Source: Nibricoccus sp.
GTDB taxonomy: Bacteria > Verrucomicrobiota > Verrucomicrobiia > Opitutales > Opitutaceae
Assembly (NCBI GenBank): GCA_047602425.1
Contig: JASGHG010000001.1
Span: 832,001-896,000 of the forward strand
Reading direction: 5' to 3'
Length of the DNA: 64,000 bases
A model generated the notes under the pieces. The model made no database searches, was not told the DNA's origin, and saw only the letters and a program-made list of their open reading frames with translations. The position numbers and the translations under genes are program-made. This document shows, in pieces, positions 42,122 through 52,499 of the stretch (position 1 is its first letter; every line of letters starts with the position of its first letter).

Positions 42122-43468
42122 TCACAACTGCGAGCGAAAGAGCCCGCAGACCTGATCGAACGCTTTCACGAAGATCGACCGGTCGTCGTACTCTTCAAAC
42201 CGAAGAACGCGGGATTTTTGGCGGTCCGCTTCGAACGTTTTCGTCAGATCGCGCACAAAATCGCGGTCGAGCACGTTGATATTAGCTTCGTCGTTGATGG
42301 CGAAAGAGCGATTGTCGAAATTGACCGAACCCACCGTCGCAAATACGTCGTCCACGATCATCACTTTGCAATGATACATCGCTGGTTCGTAGAGGTAGAA
42401 CTCCACGCCGGCTTTGAGCAGTTCGCCCCAGCGGGAGCGCGCGGCGGCGCGGCCGATGCGCGAATCGTTGGTGGCCGGCACGACGACCTGAATCGTCACA
42501 CCGCGTTTGCGGGCGGCCAGCAGCATGTCGATGGCGAGTTGATCGGGTACAAAGTACGCATGGGAAATGCGGATCATTTTTCGCGCCGAAGCGATGGCCA
42601 TCAGGTACGAGATGCGCGCGTTTTCCGGATCTTCGTTGGGACCGCTCTTGAAGCATTGTACGGCGGCGGAACCGGAACCCTTTGTCTGCGGGAAATAGTG
42701 ATCGCCGACCAGAAGCGTTGACGTGGTTTGCAACCAGTTTGTCGCGAAGATCGCCTGCATCTGCCGCACAGCCGGCCCTTCAAGCTTCACCTGCGTTTCG
42801 CGCCAGACTTTTTTCGATTCTGCGTTGCCGAGCCAGTGATCGTCGATGCACACACCGCCCGTGAACGCCACGCGGCCGTCGATGATCAGGAGTTTTCGGT
42901 GCGTGCGATGGTTCACGTTGGGTTTGATGTCATACCAATGCTCGCGTCCGTACTTAAGCAGTTCGACGCCCGCTTCCTTCAGACGCGTTTTGTCGGAGTG
43001 GCTTAGCTTGAGCGCTCCCATGCCGTCGACCAAAGCGGTGATTTTTACGCCCTGCCGCGCACGGTCGGTGAGCGCGTCGATGATCAGGTCGCTCGCACGC
43101 CCGGACGCCCAAATGTACGTCTCCAATGTGATGGTGTACTTCGCCTCGTGAATCGCTTTCACCATCGCGGGAAAAATTTCATCGCCGTTGACGAGCACTT
43201 GCAGCCGGTTGCCCGCCGTAAATTCCGCCCCGAGCAAGGGACCAAGCGATGATGCGAAAACCGGGTCGGAGGGCCCGTAGGAAACTTCGATTGGCTCGCC
43301 GAGCACGCGCGCCGTCGTCGCCCAGAAATAGACGCCCATCAGGACAAAACCACCGATGAGAACCCATTTCAGCCACGTCTCCCGCTCGCGATTCGGACGT
43401 CGGGACGAGCGGGGCCGCTCCTTGCGCGAATGACGAAAGACGCGGAATTTTTCGAGGAGACCAGTCAT
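42122..43468 (-). CDS. cls: Cardiolipin synthase / phospholipase D family
   Basis: Two HKD motifs: HRKLLIID and HCKVMIVD...GSVNFDNRS. Confidence 0.9.
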   Translation of the reverse strand: MTGLLEKFRVFRHSRKERPRSSRRPNRERETWLKWVLIGGFVLMGVYFWATTARVLGEPIEVSYGPSDPVFASSLGPLLGAEFTAGNRLQVLVNGDEIFPAMVKAIHEAKYTITLETYIWASGRASDLIIDALTDRARQGVKITALVDGMGALKLSHSDKTRLKEAGVELLKYGREHWYDIKPNVNHRTHRKLLIIDGRVAFTGGVCIDDHWLGNAESKKVWRETQVKLEGPAVRQMQAIFATNWLQTTSTLLVGDHYFPQTKGSGSAAVQCFKSGPNEDPENARISYLMAIASARKMIRISHAYFVPDQLAIDMLLAARKRGVTIQVVVPATNDSRIGRAAARSRWGELLKAGVEFYLYEPAMYHCKVMIVDDVFATVGSVNFDNRSFAINDEANINVLDRDFVRDLTKTFEADRQKSRVLRFEEYDDRSIFVKAFDQVCGLFRSQL

Positions 43469-43628
43469 GCTGAGGGGTTAAAAAGGGTTCAGCGGGCGCC
43501 GGCGTGAGGGACCGAGGCCCGGAGATGCAGTTCCGCCCGCAGCCCGCGTTACCTATCGGAAAAATTGCGGTCCGAACAATGGGTCGCTTCACCGCAAAGC
43601 GGGAGCCCTCTCGAGCCAACCTTTTCCC

Positions 43629-44309
43629 ATGCCTTTTTCGTTCCCGTGGTTTACCCGATTAAAGATCCTCCTTCCGCGCTGGTGGTTGTGGCTGCTCGTG
43701 CTGGTTGCGATCAGCGTCGGGAGTATTGTGTTGCTTCGACTTTATCCCGTCGACTGGCGGGCGGTCCGCGAGTGGCTGGTGAGTTTCGATGGGGTCACGA
43801 TGATCGCGTTGATGGCCCTTCTGCCCATCGGCGGGTTTTCGATCGGGATCGTGTATTTGGTCGCTGGCGCAAGGTTCGGCCCCTTCTGGGCCGGTGTGAT
43901 CATCGCGGGAATCACCGCCGTTCATCTGCTGGCGTCGCACGCCATCAGCCGAAGCGTGTTGCGCGCACCGCTGCAACGGCTGTTCGAACGGCGTGGACAC
44001 AAATTACCTGTACCCAAGCGCGACACGCATCGCTCCATCGCCGCGATTGCGGCGCTCGCGCCAGGTCCGCCCTACTTCGTACGCAACTATCTGCTCGGAC
44101 TCAGCGGCATTCCCCTGCGCGTGTACTTTTGGATCTGTCTGCCGATTTATGTGGCGCGGTCTTACGTCACCATTCTGCTTGGCGATCTCACCGACGATCC
44201 GAACTCCCGACAAATATCCATCCTTATCGCCGTCTACCTCGTCAAACTCGCGCTCTGCGCGCTGCTGGTCCGGCATCTCGCCCACACGCGCGAACCCGCA
44301 GCGAACTGA
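43629..44309 (+). CDS. VTT/TVP38 (DedA-like) membrane protein
   Basis: LVAGARFG and PGPPYFVRNYLLGLSGI. Confidence 0.8.
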   Translation: MPFSFPWFTRLKILLPRWWLWLLVLVAISVGSIVLLRLYPVDWRAVREWLVSFDGVTMIALMALLPIGGFSIGIVYLVAGARFGPFWAGVIIAGITAVHLLASHAISRSVLRAPLQRLFERRGHKLPVPKRDTHRSIAAIAALAPGPPYFVRNYLLGLSGIPLRVYFWICLPIYVARSYVTILLGDLTDDPNSRQISILIAVYLVKLALCALLVRHLAHTREPAAN

Positions 44310-44410
44310 AGGGCGTTGGTTCGTAGCCGAACCACTTTAAAACAACCACCCAGAGCCCGCAAAGAACGAGGCTCTGCGATCCGAAGGCAGGACAGATCTA
44401 TCACGGTCGA

Positions 44411-44443
44411 ACCAATGCGCTGAGGTCAACGCGTTCCGTCTAC
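44411..44443 (-). repeat. REP element (family A)
   Basis: accaatgcgctgaggtcaacgcgttccgtctac, located between convergent genes. Confidence 0.7.
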
Positions 44444-44452
44444 AATGGGTTC

Positions 44453-44833
44453 TTACCCTGCTTTTTTCGGCAGCCGAAACGCAATGGGGACCACCATGCG
44501 CGTTGAGATCGGACGTCCCCTCATGAGTGCCGGCGAAAACTTCCATTTCCGCACTGCCTCGAGGGCCGGTTCTTCGAAAATTTCGTGCTGGCTGAAAAAC
44601 GCCCGTGCTTTCACCACTTCGCCTTTCGCATTCACCACAAAAGCCACGTAAATTTCGTCCTCCAGGTTTTCAGAAAGCGCTTGGGGAGGATAGACAGGTT
44701 CGACCCGCTGGGTGAGCACGGGTTGCTGCACCGTCGGATCGGGCGTGGCTTCCGGCGGCCAAGGCTGCGGCATCTTCTCCTGACAATAGCCGTAACCCGC
44801 TGCGAAGAGAGCAATTACAATAAAAAGAACCAA
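44453..44833 (-). CDS. TonB C-terminal domain protein (start uncertain)
   Basis: EPVYPPQA...VAFVVNAKGEV...ALEAVRKWKFSPA...VPIAFRL. Confidence 0.8.
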   Translation of the reverse strand: MVLFIVIALFAAGYGYCQEKMPQPWPPEATPDPTVQQPVLTQRVEPVYPPQALSENLEDEIYVAFVVNAKGEVVKARAFFSQHEIFEEPALEAVRKWKFSPALMRGRPISTRMVVPIAFRLPKKAG

Positions 44834-44876
44834 TTTCGTGCGCTTTATGGGATGTGAAAATAAATCTTTGTCGTCT

Positions 44877-46526
44877 TCACGGCACCTTGAGCAAGTCTGG
44901 ATTAGCCGCGCGTTGGAGGTGTTTCTCGATAAGCGCGACGGTTTCTGGTGTGCCATTAAAGACCAGCAGTCGTTCGATAAAATCGCTCGCATCCAACGTA
45001 TCGCCCGCGCCTGCCATGATCTCGATTTGCCCGGCTGCCCAACCGACAAAACCCTGTCGACGCGCCTGCCTGACGGCTTCGTCGACATCGACGGCGTGGG
45101 CGCTCTGCACCATGTGCTCCCACGCCGATTTTGTCTCCGAATAAGGCATTGCCTTCGCCAGATCGACATAACGACGCTCCTTGAGAAGCGGGGCTCTCAA
45201 TGTATCGATGATATGGTTGCGGCGCGGATCGCCGGTTTCCAATGAATCGAACAAGGCCCGCGTCCTCTGATTCTCGCCCAACACGCGGTTGATCTGGCCG
45301 AACTCTTTGCCCAGATCCAAATCGTTCGCGCCCTCCTTAAGCTTTGTTTCGGCCGCATCGCGCCGGAGCCGCAACGCTTCCAGCGCCTGAGGATAACTTT
45401 TCCCCAACGCCACGATACCGTCCAAGACTGCGGTGTGGCGCGTGATGAAGTAGCCGGACACCTGACGCGTGCCGATGTCGTAACACCAGAGAAATTCCCG
45501 CAGCGCTTCTTCGTGACGGCCCTCCTCGGCCAGCTTCCTGGCATGCTTCAAACGAGCATCGACCATTTCGCGGGTAATCGCCTCCGGCGCACGCAAAGTT
45601 TGCGCGCTGTTCGACGTGAGTTTCTCCGCCGGCTCATCCGCGTGGACGCGGTCCGTCCTCGTTTGCGCGAGTTCTTTTTCCAAGTGCGCGACTTTCTCCA
45701 CCAATTCCGCTTCGCGACGCGATGACTCCGCGAGCTTGGCGCGTTCCGTTTCATGCTGCCGGTGTTGCTGCACTGCCACACTCAGAGCCACCACCGCGGC
45801 AACTGTTGTGGCTGCTACAAAGATTTTTGTTTTCGTCATAAGTTCTAGAAGGGTGAAAACCGAAACTCCGCTCCCGGTCGCCACGCCTGCCGCCAGCGCT
45901 GCTCCGGAAACCTGCTGTGCCAGCGCCGCCGGAGCAGCGTGTGTCGCAGGGATCGCCAGCGCGCCGGCCAGCGCCGCGGCCGTGGAAACCACACCGCGCT
46001 TCGAAAGCGCACCGTGCAGCTTTTCCAACGCACGTTCCACACACATCCGCGTGGCATTCTCGCTCAACCGCAACGCCTCGCCCACCTGGGCGTAGGTTCG
46101 GTTTTCGAAGAAACGCAGCAGAATCGCCTCGCGATCCCGCGGCTTCAATTCACCGAACGCGTCGTCGATGACCGGCCGCAGTCGGTTCCATTCCGTGTCG
46201 TTTGCGGGAGGTTCGGCTTCCTTCATGGCATAGGCCCTCTGCTCGCGCACCCGCCGGCGCGACTCGGCCCGCCGGTGCTCGCGCGCGGCCAATTGCGTCG
46301 CCGTGTACAACCAGCCCGTCAGTGCGGTGTGATGTTTCAACAACGACGCCTTGCGCACCAGGGAAGTGAAAACATTCTGCGCCACCTCCTCGGCCGCGTG
46401 CGTGTCTCCCCCCATCTGTCGCAACGCCGCGTGATAAACCAAGTCCACGTGCCGTTTCACCAGTTCCGTGAAGGCGGCTTCGGAACGTTCATCGATGTAA
46501 GAGCGAAGAAGTGAGGCGTCGTCCAT
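44877..46526 (-). CDS. ECF sigma factor with a long C-terminal extension (TM + helical/TPR-like region)
   Basis: MDDASLLRSY...AFTELVKRHVDLVY...GWLY...DREAILLRFFE. Confidence 0.9.
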   Translation of the reverse strand: MDDASLLRSYIDERSEAAFTELVKRHVDLVYHAALRQMGGDTHAAEEVAQNVFTSLVRKASLLKHHTALTGWLYTATQLAAREHRRAESRRRVREQRAYAMKEAEPPANDTEWNRLRPVIDDAFGELKPRDREAILLRFFENRTYAQVGEALRLSENATRMCVERALEKLHGALSKRGVVSTAAALAGALAIPATHAAPAALAQQVSGAALAAGVATGSGVSVFTLLELMTKTKIFVAATTVAAVVALSVAVQQHRQHETERAKLAESSRREAELVEKVAHLEKELAQTRTDRVHADEPAEKLTSNSAQTLRAPEAITREMVDARLKHARKLAEEGRHEEALREFLWCYDIGTRQVSGYFITRHTAVLDGIVALGKSYPQALEALRLRRDAAETKLKEGANDLDLGKEFGQINRVLGENQRTRALFDSLETGDPRRNHIIDTLRAPLLKERRYVDLAKAMPYSETKSAWEHMVQSAHAVDVDEAVRQARRQGFVGWAAGQIEIMAGAGDTLDASDFIERLLVFNGTPETVALIEKHLQRAANPDLLKVP

Positions 46527-46693
46527 TTGTTGGCTCACTCCATAACGGCCACGGATCAAAAAAACCGCACAAAATTTCAAAATTTCTGAACGCCTTCATT
46601 TCCTGCCGTGCAGAACCATGGCGAAGAGATAACACAAAACGCACGCCAGCTCCAAGGCGGCTCGACCCTCTTCCGCGTCTCCGCCTATTCCGC

Positions 46694-46936
46694 TTACAAA
46701 CGAAGATTCTTCACCTCGATCAGCCCGTTTAGCATCAGGACGACCGACTGCACCATTGGGCATGGTGGACAGGAAAAACGCACGCGATCGCGGATGTAAG
46801 CGATATCGTCGACCGACAATTTCTTCATCTCGTCATTGATCTCCCGCAACAGCGCCTCATCGCGCATATCCTGAGGCCCTGCCGCCAACCGGCGCAGCGC
46901 CGCACGAACGCGAGGAGTGAGTGAATGACGATTCAT
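46694..46936 (-). CDS. Hypothetical protein
   Basis: 80-aa ORF filling the intergenic gap; no recognised motif. Confidence 0.4.
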   Translation of the reverse strand: MNRHSLTPRVRAALRRLAAGPQDMRDEALLREINDEMKKLSVDDIAYIRDRVRFSCPPCPMVQSVVLMLNGLIEVKNLRL

Positions 46937-47145
46937 GACGAAAGTAGCTCAAAAAAGCTGCACACCTCGCCCCAAATTTCCAGCCTCATGCCAGCCTTTT
47001 CAGGCAACGGCTTGAGCCAAGATGTGTTCTATAGGGAACGGCACTTCATCGGCGAAGTTAATTTGAACCACAGGATCAGCGAATTCATCCTCTTTTCATC
47101 TGAACTTCACAAAGACTTCATCGGCGGCGGTTATGGTTCTAGCCT

Positions 47146-47862
47146 ATGGTTACAACTCGTTCATTCGCGGCCTTAGGCGCGTTACTCGCACTCGGGCTGG
47201 CTGTCTTTGGTTTTCAAATTGGCGCGGCGGTTAAAAAGGGTCGTGAGTTCGACCGCTACTTTACCGTGCGCGGTCTCTCCGAGCGCGAGGTCAAAGCCAC
47301 CTTGGTGATTTGGCCGGTGAAATACAATGTGTCGGCCGATGATCTGCCCATGTTGCGGACGGAAATGGACAACGCCAAAAAAGTGGTGCTGCAATTTCTC
47401 GAAGAAAACAATGTGGCTCTCGACGAATGTTCGTTTGGGCTCCCGAGGATTCAAGATCACGCCGGTGAATACGGGAGGCGCGAAGACGACAAAATCAAGC
47501 TGCCTCGGTACAGCGCTTCCATGACACTCGTGGTGCGAAGTCAGCAAGTGGACTTGGTGAAGAAAGCCGTGCAGAAATCGGAGGAGCTGGTCTCGAAAGG
47601 GCTCCCACTGACAACGGAAGAGTACGGCCGCAGCATCGAATTTTCCTTCGATGGGATCAACACGATCAAGCCAGCCATGATCGAAGAGGCCACCGCCAAT
47701 GCACGCGCGGCCGCGGAAAAATTCGCTCAGGATTCGAAAGCAAAAGTCGGCCGCATCCGCAAAGCGACGCAAGGAGTCGTCGAGATCGAAGACCGCGACA
47801 TGGCCTCGCCTGAACTCAAAGTCATCCGCGTCGTGACCACGATCGAATTTTTTATCGAGTAA
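47146..47862 (+). CDS. SIMPL (DUF541) domain protein
   Basis: VRGLSEREVKA, IKPAMIEEATANARAAAEKFAQDS, IRKATQG, RVVTTIEF. Confidence 0.9.
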   Translation: MVTTRSFAALGALLALGLAVFGFQIGAAVKKGREFDRYFTVRGLSEREVKATLVIWPVKYNVSADDLPMLRTEMDNAKKVVLQFLEENNVALDECSFGLPRIQDHAGEYGRREDDKIKLPRYSASMTLVVRSQQVDLVKKAVQKSEELVSKGLPLTTEEYGRSIEFSFDGINTIKPAMIEEATANARAAAEKFAQDSKAKVGRIRKATQGVVEIEDRDMASPELKVIRVVTTIEFFIE

Positions 47863-48080
47863 AGTCTCCCGGCTCGGTTGGGCAAACAGCAGCGAAGTCT
47901 GTACCGCGTTAAAAAGGCCGCGCAGCCAAGGATGGTTGGTCGAATGGCTCCGTGCAGGTCTCTGGTGCGTACACGCCGAGCAGTCCCTAACCTTGCTCAC
48001 ATTCAATGGAGCCTGCAGAGGAAGGCGCCAGTATGCCTCTAGGCAAGGGAACCTTTTTGATTTCGTCCGGTTCAAGAAGG

Positions 48081-48920
48081 ATGCGCCTTCCCCTCAAACT
48101 GCTTGGCAAACTGGTTGTGTTACTCGCGGGATGCTCTGGGATTGCGATCGCGAAAGTTCAGACACCGACAGCGGTGGCGACCGAGCAGCCGTCGTTGCTC
48201 GCTGCGGCGTTCGATGCCTTTCTGGCGAGTCAGGGCCGGTGGGCCTACGTCGAAACACACACCAGTATTGGCTCCAACGGAAAGCGAACGAGCGAGTCGG
48301 TCCTCCGCATCGACCCTTCGCTGCCCTATGCCCAACAAACCGTCCCGCTCAAGCTGAACGGCCAGCCCCCGACGGAGAAACAGCTCAAAGACTGGGCCGC
48401 GCACAACGAGGAAGTCGCGCGGCGGCGCAGTGAAAATGCAAATCGACAAAGCAGCCCCGAAAACAAGGAAGAGTTCCGCCTACGCGTCGGCAAGGACGAC
48501 GTCACACCCCTACTCGACCGTGCGAGCATCATTGCGGAAGACAATGCGACGGTGACCTATCTTGTCCCTATGCGCTTGGTTGGCCGCGTCGATGCACCGC
48601 TCTTCGAAACCTTTCAACTCACTGCGCGTGTGAACAAACAGCAGCAGCAATTCGAACACGCCACCTTGCGACAGCAAAAACCTTACAAGATCGCAGCCGG
48701 CACCTACTCGGATGGAGTGATCGAAATCGAATTCGCGCAACCCGACGCGCAGTTCCCCGCCACACCGACAAAGCGCACCCTCATTCAAACTAACAAGCCG
48801 CTGTTCGGAAAAGCGCACTCGATGCACGAGGTGATCGAGCGGACGGATTTCCGACACGTGACACCCTACGATGAGCGCTTCGGCGTGAAATTCGGCACGC
48901 TCCGGACGTTGCAATTTTGA
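48081..48920 (+). CDS. Hypothetical exported protein
   Basis: Signal-like N-terminus; beta-rich ORF. Confidence 0.7.
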   Translation: MRLPLKLLGKLVVLLAGCSGIAIAKVQTPTAVATEQPSLLAAAFDAFLASQGRWAYVETHTSIGSNGKRTSESVLRIDPSLPYAQQTVPLKLNGQPPTEKQLKDWAAHNEEVARRRSENANRQSSPENKEEFRLRVGKDDVTPLLDRASIIAEDNATVTYLVPMRLVGRVDAPLFETFQLTARVNKQQQQFEHATLRQQKPYKIAAGTYSDGVIEIEFAQPDAQFPATPTKRTLIQTNKPLFGKAHSMHEVIERTDFRHVTPYDERFGVKFGTLRTLQF

Positions 48921-48978
48921 GCTGGGAAATCGAGCTACGAATTTCCTCGCGCCGGCTCACAGGGTCGAACCACTTCCA

Positions 48979-49086
48979 AGGTGGAGCTAAGCGTCGCGGC
49001 CCGCTGAATGGCAATGTGGCAATACGACGCCCAATAACCGGCGACCTCGCTCCAGGCGCACCGGGGACATCGCATACCTACCACCT
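48979..49086. repeat. Degenerate REP doublet (family C)
   Basis: aggtggagc...cccgctg ... ccggggacatcgcatacctaccacct. Confidence 0.5.
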
Positions 49087-49432
49087 AGGCGACGGGTGGC
49101 GGAGCACTTCGTCGGAGCGATGCGGCGACCAGCGCTTTCTCATGACGAGCCCGGCGGATCTCGAAGCGCTTTTGCGCCACGTATCTGGCACTATAATGAC
49201 CCATTGCGCCGAGCCATTCAGCCATAATCTTGCTCGCTTTAAGAGTCGCCCGCCAAATCGTCATCAGATGACTTTTTTTTAGTACGGGGACAAAGAGGGA
49301 GAGGCAAAAGAGAAACGTGAAAACCACGAACGGGACGACGCTCCACCCGTTCTCAGTTTCGGTCCAAACAGCGATTCCGCCCAAAAGGGAGATAATCGCG
49401 AGAAGAAGCATCAGGATGGGATTTAAAATCAT
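49085..49432 (-). CDS. Hypothetical 2-TM membrane protein
   Basis: 115-aa ORF with two clear hydrophobic helices. Confidence 0.55.
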   Translation of the reverse strand: MILNPILMLLLAIISLLGGIAVWTETENGWSVVPFVVFTFLFCLSLFVPVLKKSHLMTIWRATLKASKIMAEWLGAMGHYSARYVAQKRFEIRRARHEKALVAASLRRSAPPPVA

Positions 49433-49638
49433 GGTGAACGAAGACTCGTCAATGTATTCAGGTTACGAGCACGCGCTATGGGGGATTTCACCGTTGATGA
49501 GCTAGGACGGATTTCCAGTTCGGAGAGCCACCGATCCTTTTACACAGAACCAAAACCGCCAGCGCGAAAGACCAGTCAAGCGCCTGACTTTCCCTTTCCC
49601 ATCATGAGCAACGGAAATCGCCGCCGGTCGCAGGCAGA

Positions 49639-50313
49639 TCAGCGCGCGGCGTTGATTTTTTCGACCAACGCGATTTTGGCGGCTGAATCGTTCCCGAGCA
49701 TGACCGTCCGGTCGTTCTCGGAAGCGCGCCGCATCTCCACGAACACGCGGCTGGTCGCGCCAGGATCGGGCACGGCTGGCGAAATGAACCAGCCCACGCC
49801 GTTGTCGACGGAGCCCGCGCCATTCGTGCGGAACCGAACCGCTCCAAATCCGGAAAGTTCGTTGGTCTTGGTTTGAAATTCATTGCCGCTCCAAAGGTAG
49901 ATGAGTTGCATGGTCTCGTCGTCGATCCACGCCTTGTAGCTCGTCCATTCCGCCGCGGGTTTGCCTTCCTTCGAATAAGCGTCGCCGACCAGGGTGAGCG
50001 CACCGGTTTTCGGCGAATGCTGCACACGGACAAAACTCAGCGAGATGTTGTCCTTGCCCGTGACGAGTTCCCACCAGCAGCCCTCGATCATTTTGGCTTC
50101 CTCCGATACCTGACCGCCAAAAAAAGAGGCCGACTTGAACAACGCGATCACCGCCCCGATGACTTCCAAAATGAGCGCGCTAAAAAGAGTGTTCAGATAT
50201 CCGTCGCGAATCGTGATGACGTTGGTGATGCCCAGCAAAGTCGTGACAGCCGTAGCCACGAAAATTGTGATGAACACGATGAACAGTACGCTGCGGTAGG
50301 TGGTGGCAGTCAT
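49639..50313 (-). CDS. Hypothetical protein: 2 TM + beta-strand-rich domain
   Basis: Two N-terminal TMs, then IEGCWWE followed by alternating beta-strand patterns. Confidence 0.75.
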   Translation of the reverse strand: MTATTYRSVLFIVFITIFVATAVTTLLGITNVITIRDGYLNTLFSALILEVIGAVIALFKSASFFGGQVSEEAKMIEGCWWELVTGKDNISLSFVRVQHSPKTGALTLVGDAYSKEGKPAAEWTSYKAWIDDETMQLIYLWSGNEFQTKTNELSGFGAVRFRTNGAGSVDNGVGWFISPAVPDPGATSRVFVEMRRASENDRTVMLGNDSAAKIALVEKINAAR

Positions 50314-50528
50314 GCGTCGTCCCGCAAGCTATGCGTGACCGATGGAAATGAAAGAATTCTTTTTGGGGCTGAGGGTTGCCAGGACGAATCAGGAACGCCT
50401 CCGCCCCTCGTAAAACAGGAATCGAACCCTTGATACAATAATAGCGCCGGTCTTGAAAAAGCTGTAATTCGAACCGCCGCCCCACTCCGAATTTGCGCAA
50501 CCCGAGGGCCTTGGATGTAGATCGAGTA

Positions 50529-52478
50529 ATGCAGTATGGGAATATATTATCGGTCTTTCGCTTTTGCGTACTTGGGACGGTTCTCCTGCCGCTGATCAAA
50601 CCGCTTCCCGGTGCCACTTCCGTCAGCCAATATGGCATCACTTGGACGTTTAACGGCGACTACGTCGTGGGGCAGTATTGCAACGGAGACTACTATGTGG
50701 TCGCTCCTTCCGGGCTCACGATCACGAGCATCAACCCTGCTTCCACGCTGGTGGCCGGACGCACGCGACATGGCAGCATGGTCAATCCCAACGCGGCGGA
50801 ATACCCGCTGAACGGTTTCGACTCCACTCTCCCCAACTATTCCGCGGCGGTCAATGCAGCCCGGCCCGGCGGCAACGATCTTTCCGCCGGAAATCCCTTG
50901 GTTCTACCCACCGGTTCGTCGCTCATCTCTAGCATCACCGTGGAAGCGGCGGCGGCGCGCCCTCAACTCAGCGATGCCGCCGTTTTGACCGTGGTATCGT
51001 CCGCACCTCCGGCCGGCTCCTTTCGTCCACCGTATACGGGCGCGGATAAAACACCTTATTGGAACAAAGCCTCGCTGAACTATTCCATCCTGCGTTCGCT
51101 GGCGCCCGTCGCGGGTTCGGTAACTTCGCTCGATGCAACCGCCGCAAGCTTTCAACGCCCATGGATTGAAATCTGCACGTCCTACAACGGCCGCGAATGG
51201 CATCCCAGCAATAACCAGCCCATATACGGAAGAGACATGGCTTATGCGCTGGGTGGAGGCGTGCTCAACCTGCACCTCAACTTCTCGAACGCGCAAAAGG
51301 AACCGGCGTTCGTCAACATCGTCCAATATGGCATCGATGTGTACGGCGCCGCGAAAACCGGAGGCGACTGGCATGCCAATGGCGGACACAGTTCGGGACG
51401 CAAACTCGCGCTGGTGCTCGCCGGCCTGGCGCTCAACGACACAAACCTGCTTTGGTACGCCAATAAAACCAATTTCTACACCCCAAGAGGTTTTCAGGAA
51501 GACCAACAGGTTTTCACGGTGGCGGCGGCCGATGTCGGCAAGGCGGTGTACGATCAATTTATTTCCCAAGGCCGGCTGCGGATGACCTACACCAGCAGCA
51601 TGGTGGGCCTGCCCGAGTGGGGCATTACCCACATCGATTCGCCTGGCACCTACGATGCCTCCAACTGGTCGGCCATCTATCGCTCGGTCAATTCGGACAA
51701 CTACGCAATCATGGCCCTCGCGGCCGGTTTGACGGTGGGCGGCTATTCGGCCTGGAACAATACGCAGTTTTTCGCTTACGCAGATCGTGTGGCCCACATC
51801 GACGGTCCCAACAGCTTCGCCAGCGGAGCGATGTGGACCGCTTATCGCGCCCTCAGCGCAGCCCCCGTCTGGCAACCGGTCGCGCCCGTTCCCACGCCGG
51901 CCTTCGTGACGGTGTCGGGCGATAAAATCAGCCTCGGCTTCACCTGCCCGATTGCAATCGGTTCGGGTGGCGCCTCCGGAATCGCGATCACCGCCAGCGG
52001 CGGCCCGGTCACCCTGGTCGGCAGTCCTTCGGACGGCACGGATCCGCAATTCCCCACGGACCTTGAAAAAGCCTGGACGCTTTCGCGCACGATCCTCGCC
52101 GGCGAGACCCTGACCGTTTCCTACACCCAACCCGGAAATGGTTTGAAATGCGCGGAAGACGGTTCAGCCGTCGCATCTTTCACCAATATTCCCGTCATCG
52201 TCTATAGCACGCAGGGTTCGAGTGGCTCGTCATCCAGTAGCAGTTCCAGTTCGTCGAGTAGCAGTAGTTCGAGTTCGAGCAGCAGTTCCTCCAGTTCATC
52301 CTCAAGCAGCAGCTCGAGTTCGTCGTCGAGCTCCAGCGGCAGCGCTTCACCGGGCAACAGCTCAGGCGGTGGAGGCGGCGCGCCAAGCGCCTTCTTCTTC
52401 CTCGCCTTCGCTGCTGCGGCGTGCCTTCGGATGTTCCATTCTCCGAATGCGGCGAACTTGAAGCTTCCGAACGGCTGA
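50529..52478 (+). CDS. Secreted/surface protein with a poly-Ser linker and a GlyGly-type C-terminal anchor
   Basis: Signal peptide; SVSQYGITWTF...; LTVSYTQP module; poly-Ser; SGGGGGAPSAFFFLAFAAAACLR. Confidence 0.8.
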   Translation: MQYGNILSVFRFCVLGTVLLPLIKPLPGATSVSQYGITWTFNGDYVVGQYCNGDYYVVAPSGLTITSINPASTLVAGRTRHGSMVNPNAAEYPLNGFDSTLPNYSAAVNAARPGGNDLSAGNPLVLPTGSSLISSITVEAAAARPQLSDAAVLTVVSSAPPAGSFRPPYTGADKTPYWNKASLNYSILRSLAPVAGSVTSLDATAASFQRPWIEICTSYNGREWHPSNNQPIYGRDMAYALGGGVLNLHLNFSNAQKEPAFVNIVQYGIDVYGAAKTGGDWHANGGHSSGRKLALVLAGLALNDTNLLWYANKTNFYTPRGFQEDQQVFTVAAADVGKAVYDQFISQGRLRMTYTSSMVGLPEWGITHIDSPGTYDASNWSAIYRSVNSDNYAIMALAAGLTVGGYSAWNNTQFFAYADRVAHIDGPNSFASGAMWTAYRALSAAPVWQPVAPVPTPAFVTVSGDKISLGFTCPIAIGSGGASGIAITASGGPVTLVGSPSDGTDPQFPTDLEKAWTLSRTILAGETLTVSYTQPGNGLKCAEDGSAVASFTNIPVIVYSTQGSSGSSSSSSSSSSSSSSSSSSSSSSSSSSSSSSSSSSSSSGSASPGNSSGGGGGAPSAFFFLAFAAAACLRMFHSPNAANLKLPNG

Positions 52479-52499
52479 AGGTGGCAGGCGGTTCGGCAT

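Noticed and set aside
44453..45169. 238-aa TonB ORF overlapping the ECF gene, or a frameshift fusion
   Set aside because: The upstream extension overlaps the sigma gene in another frame and looks non-coding. A short signal-peptide-bearing TonB-C protein explains it.
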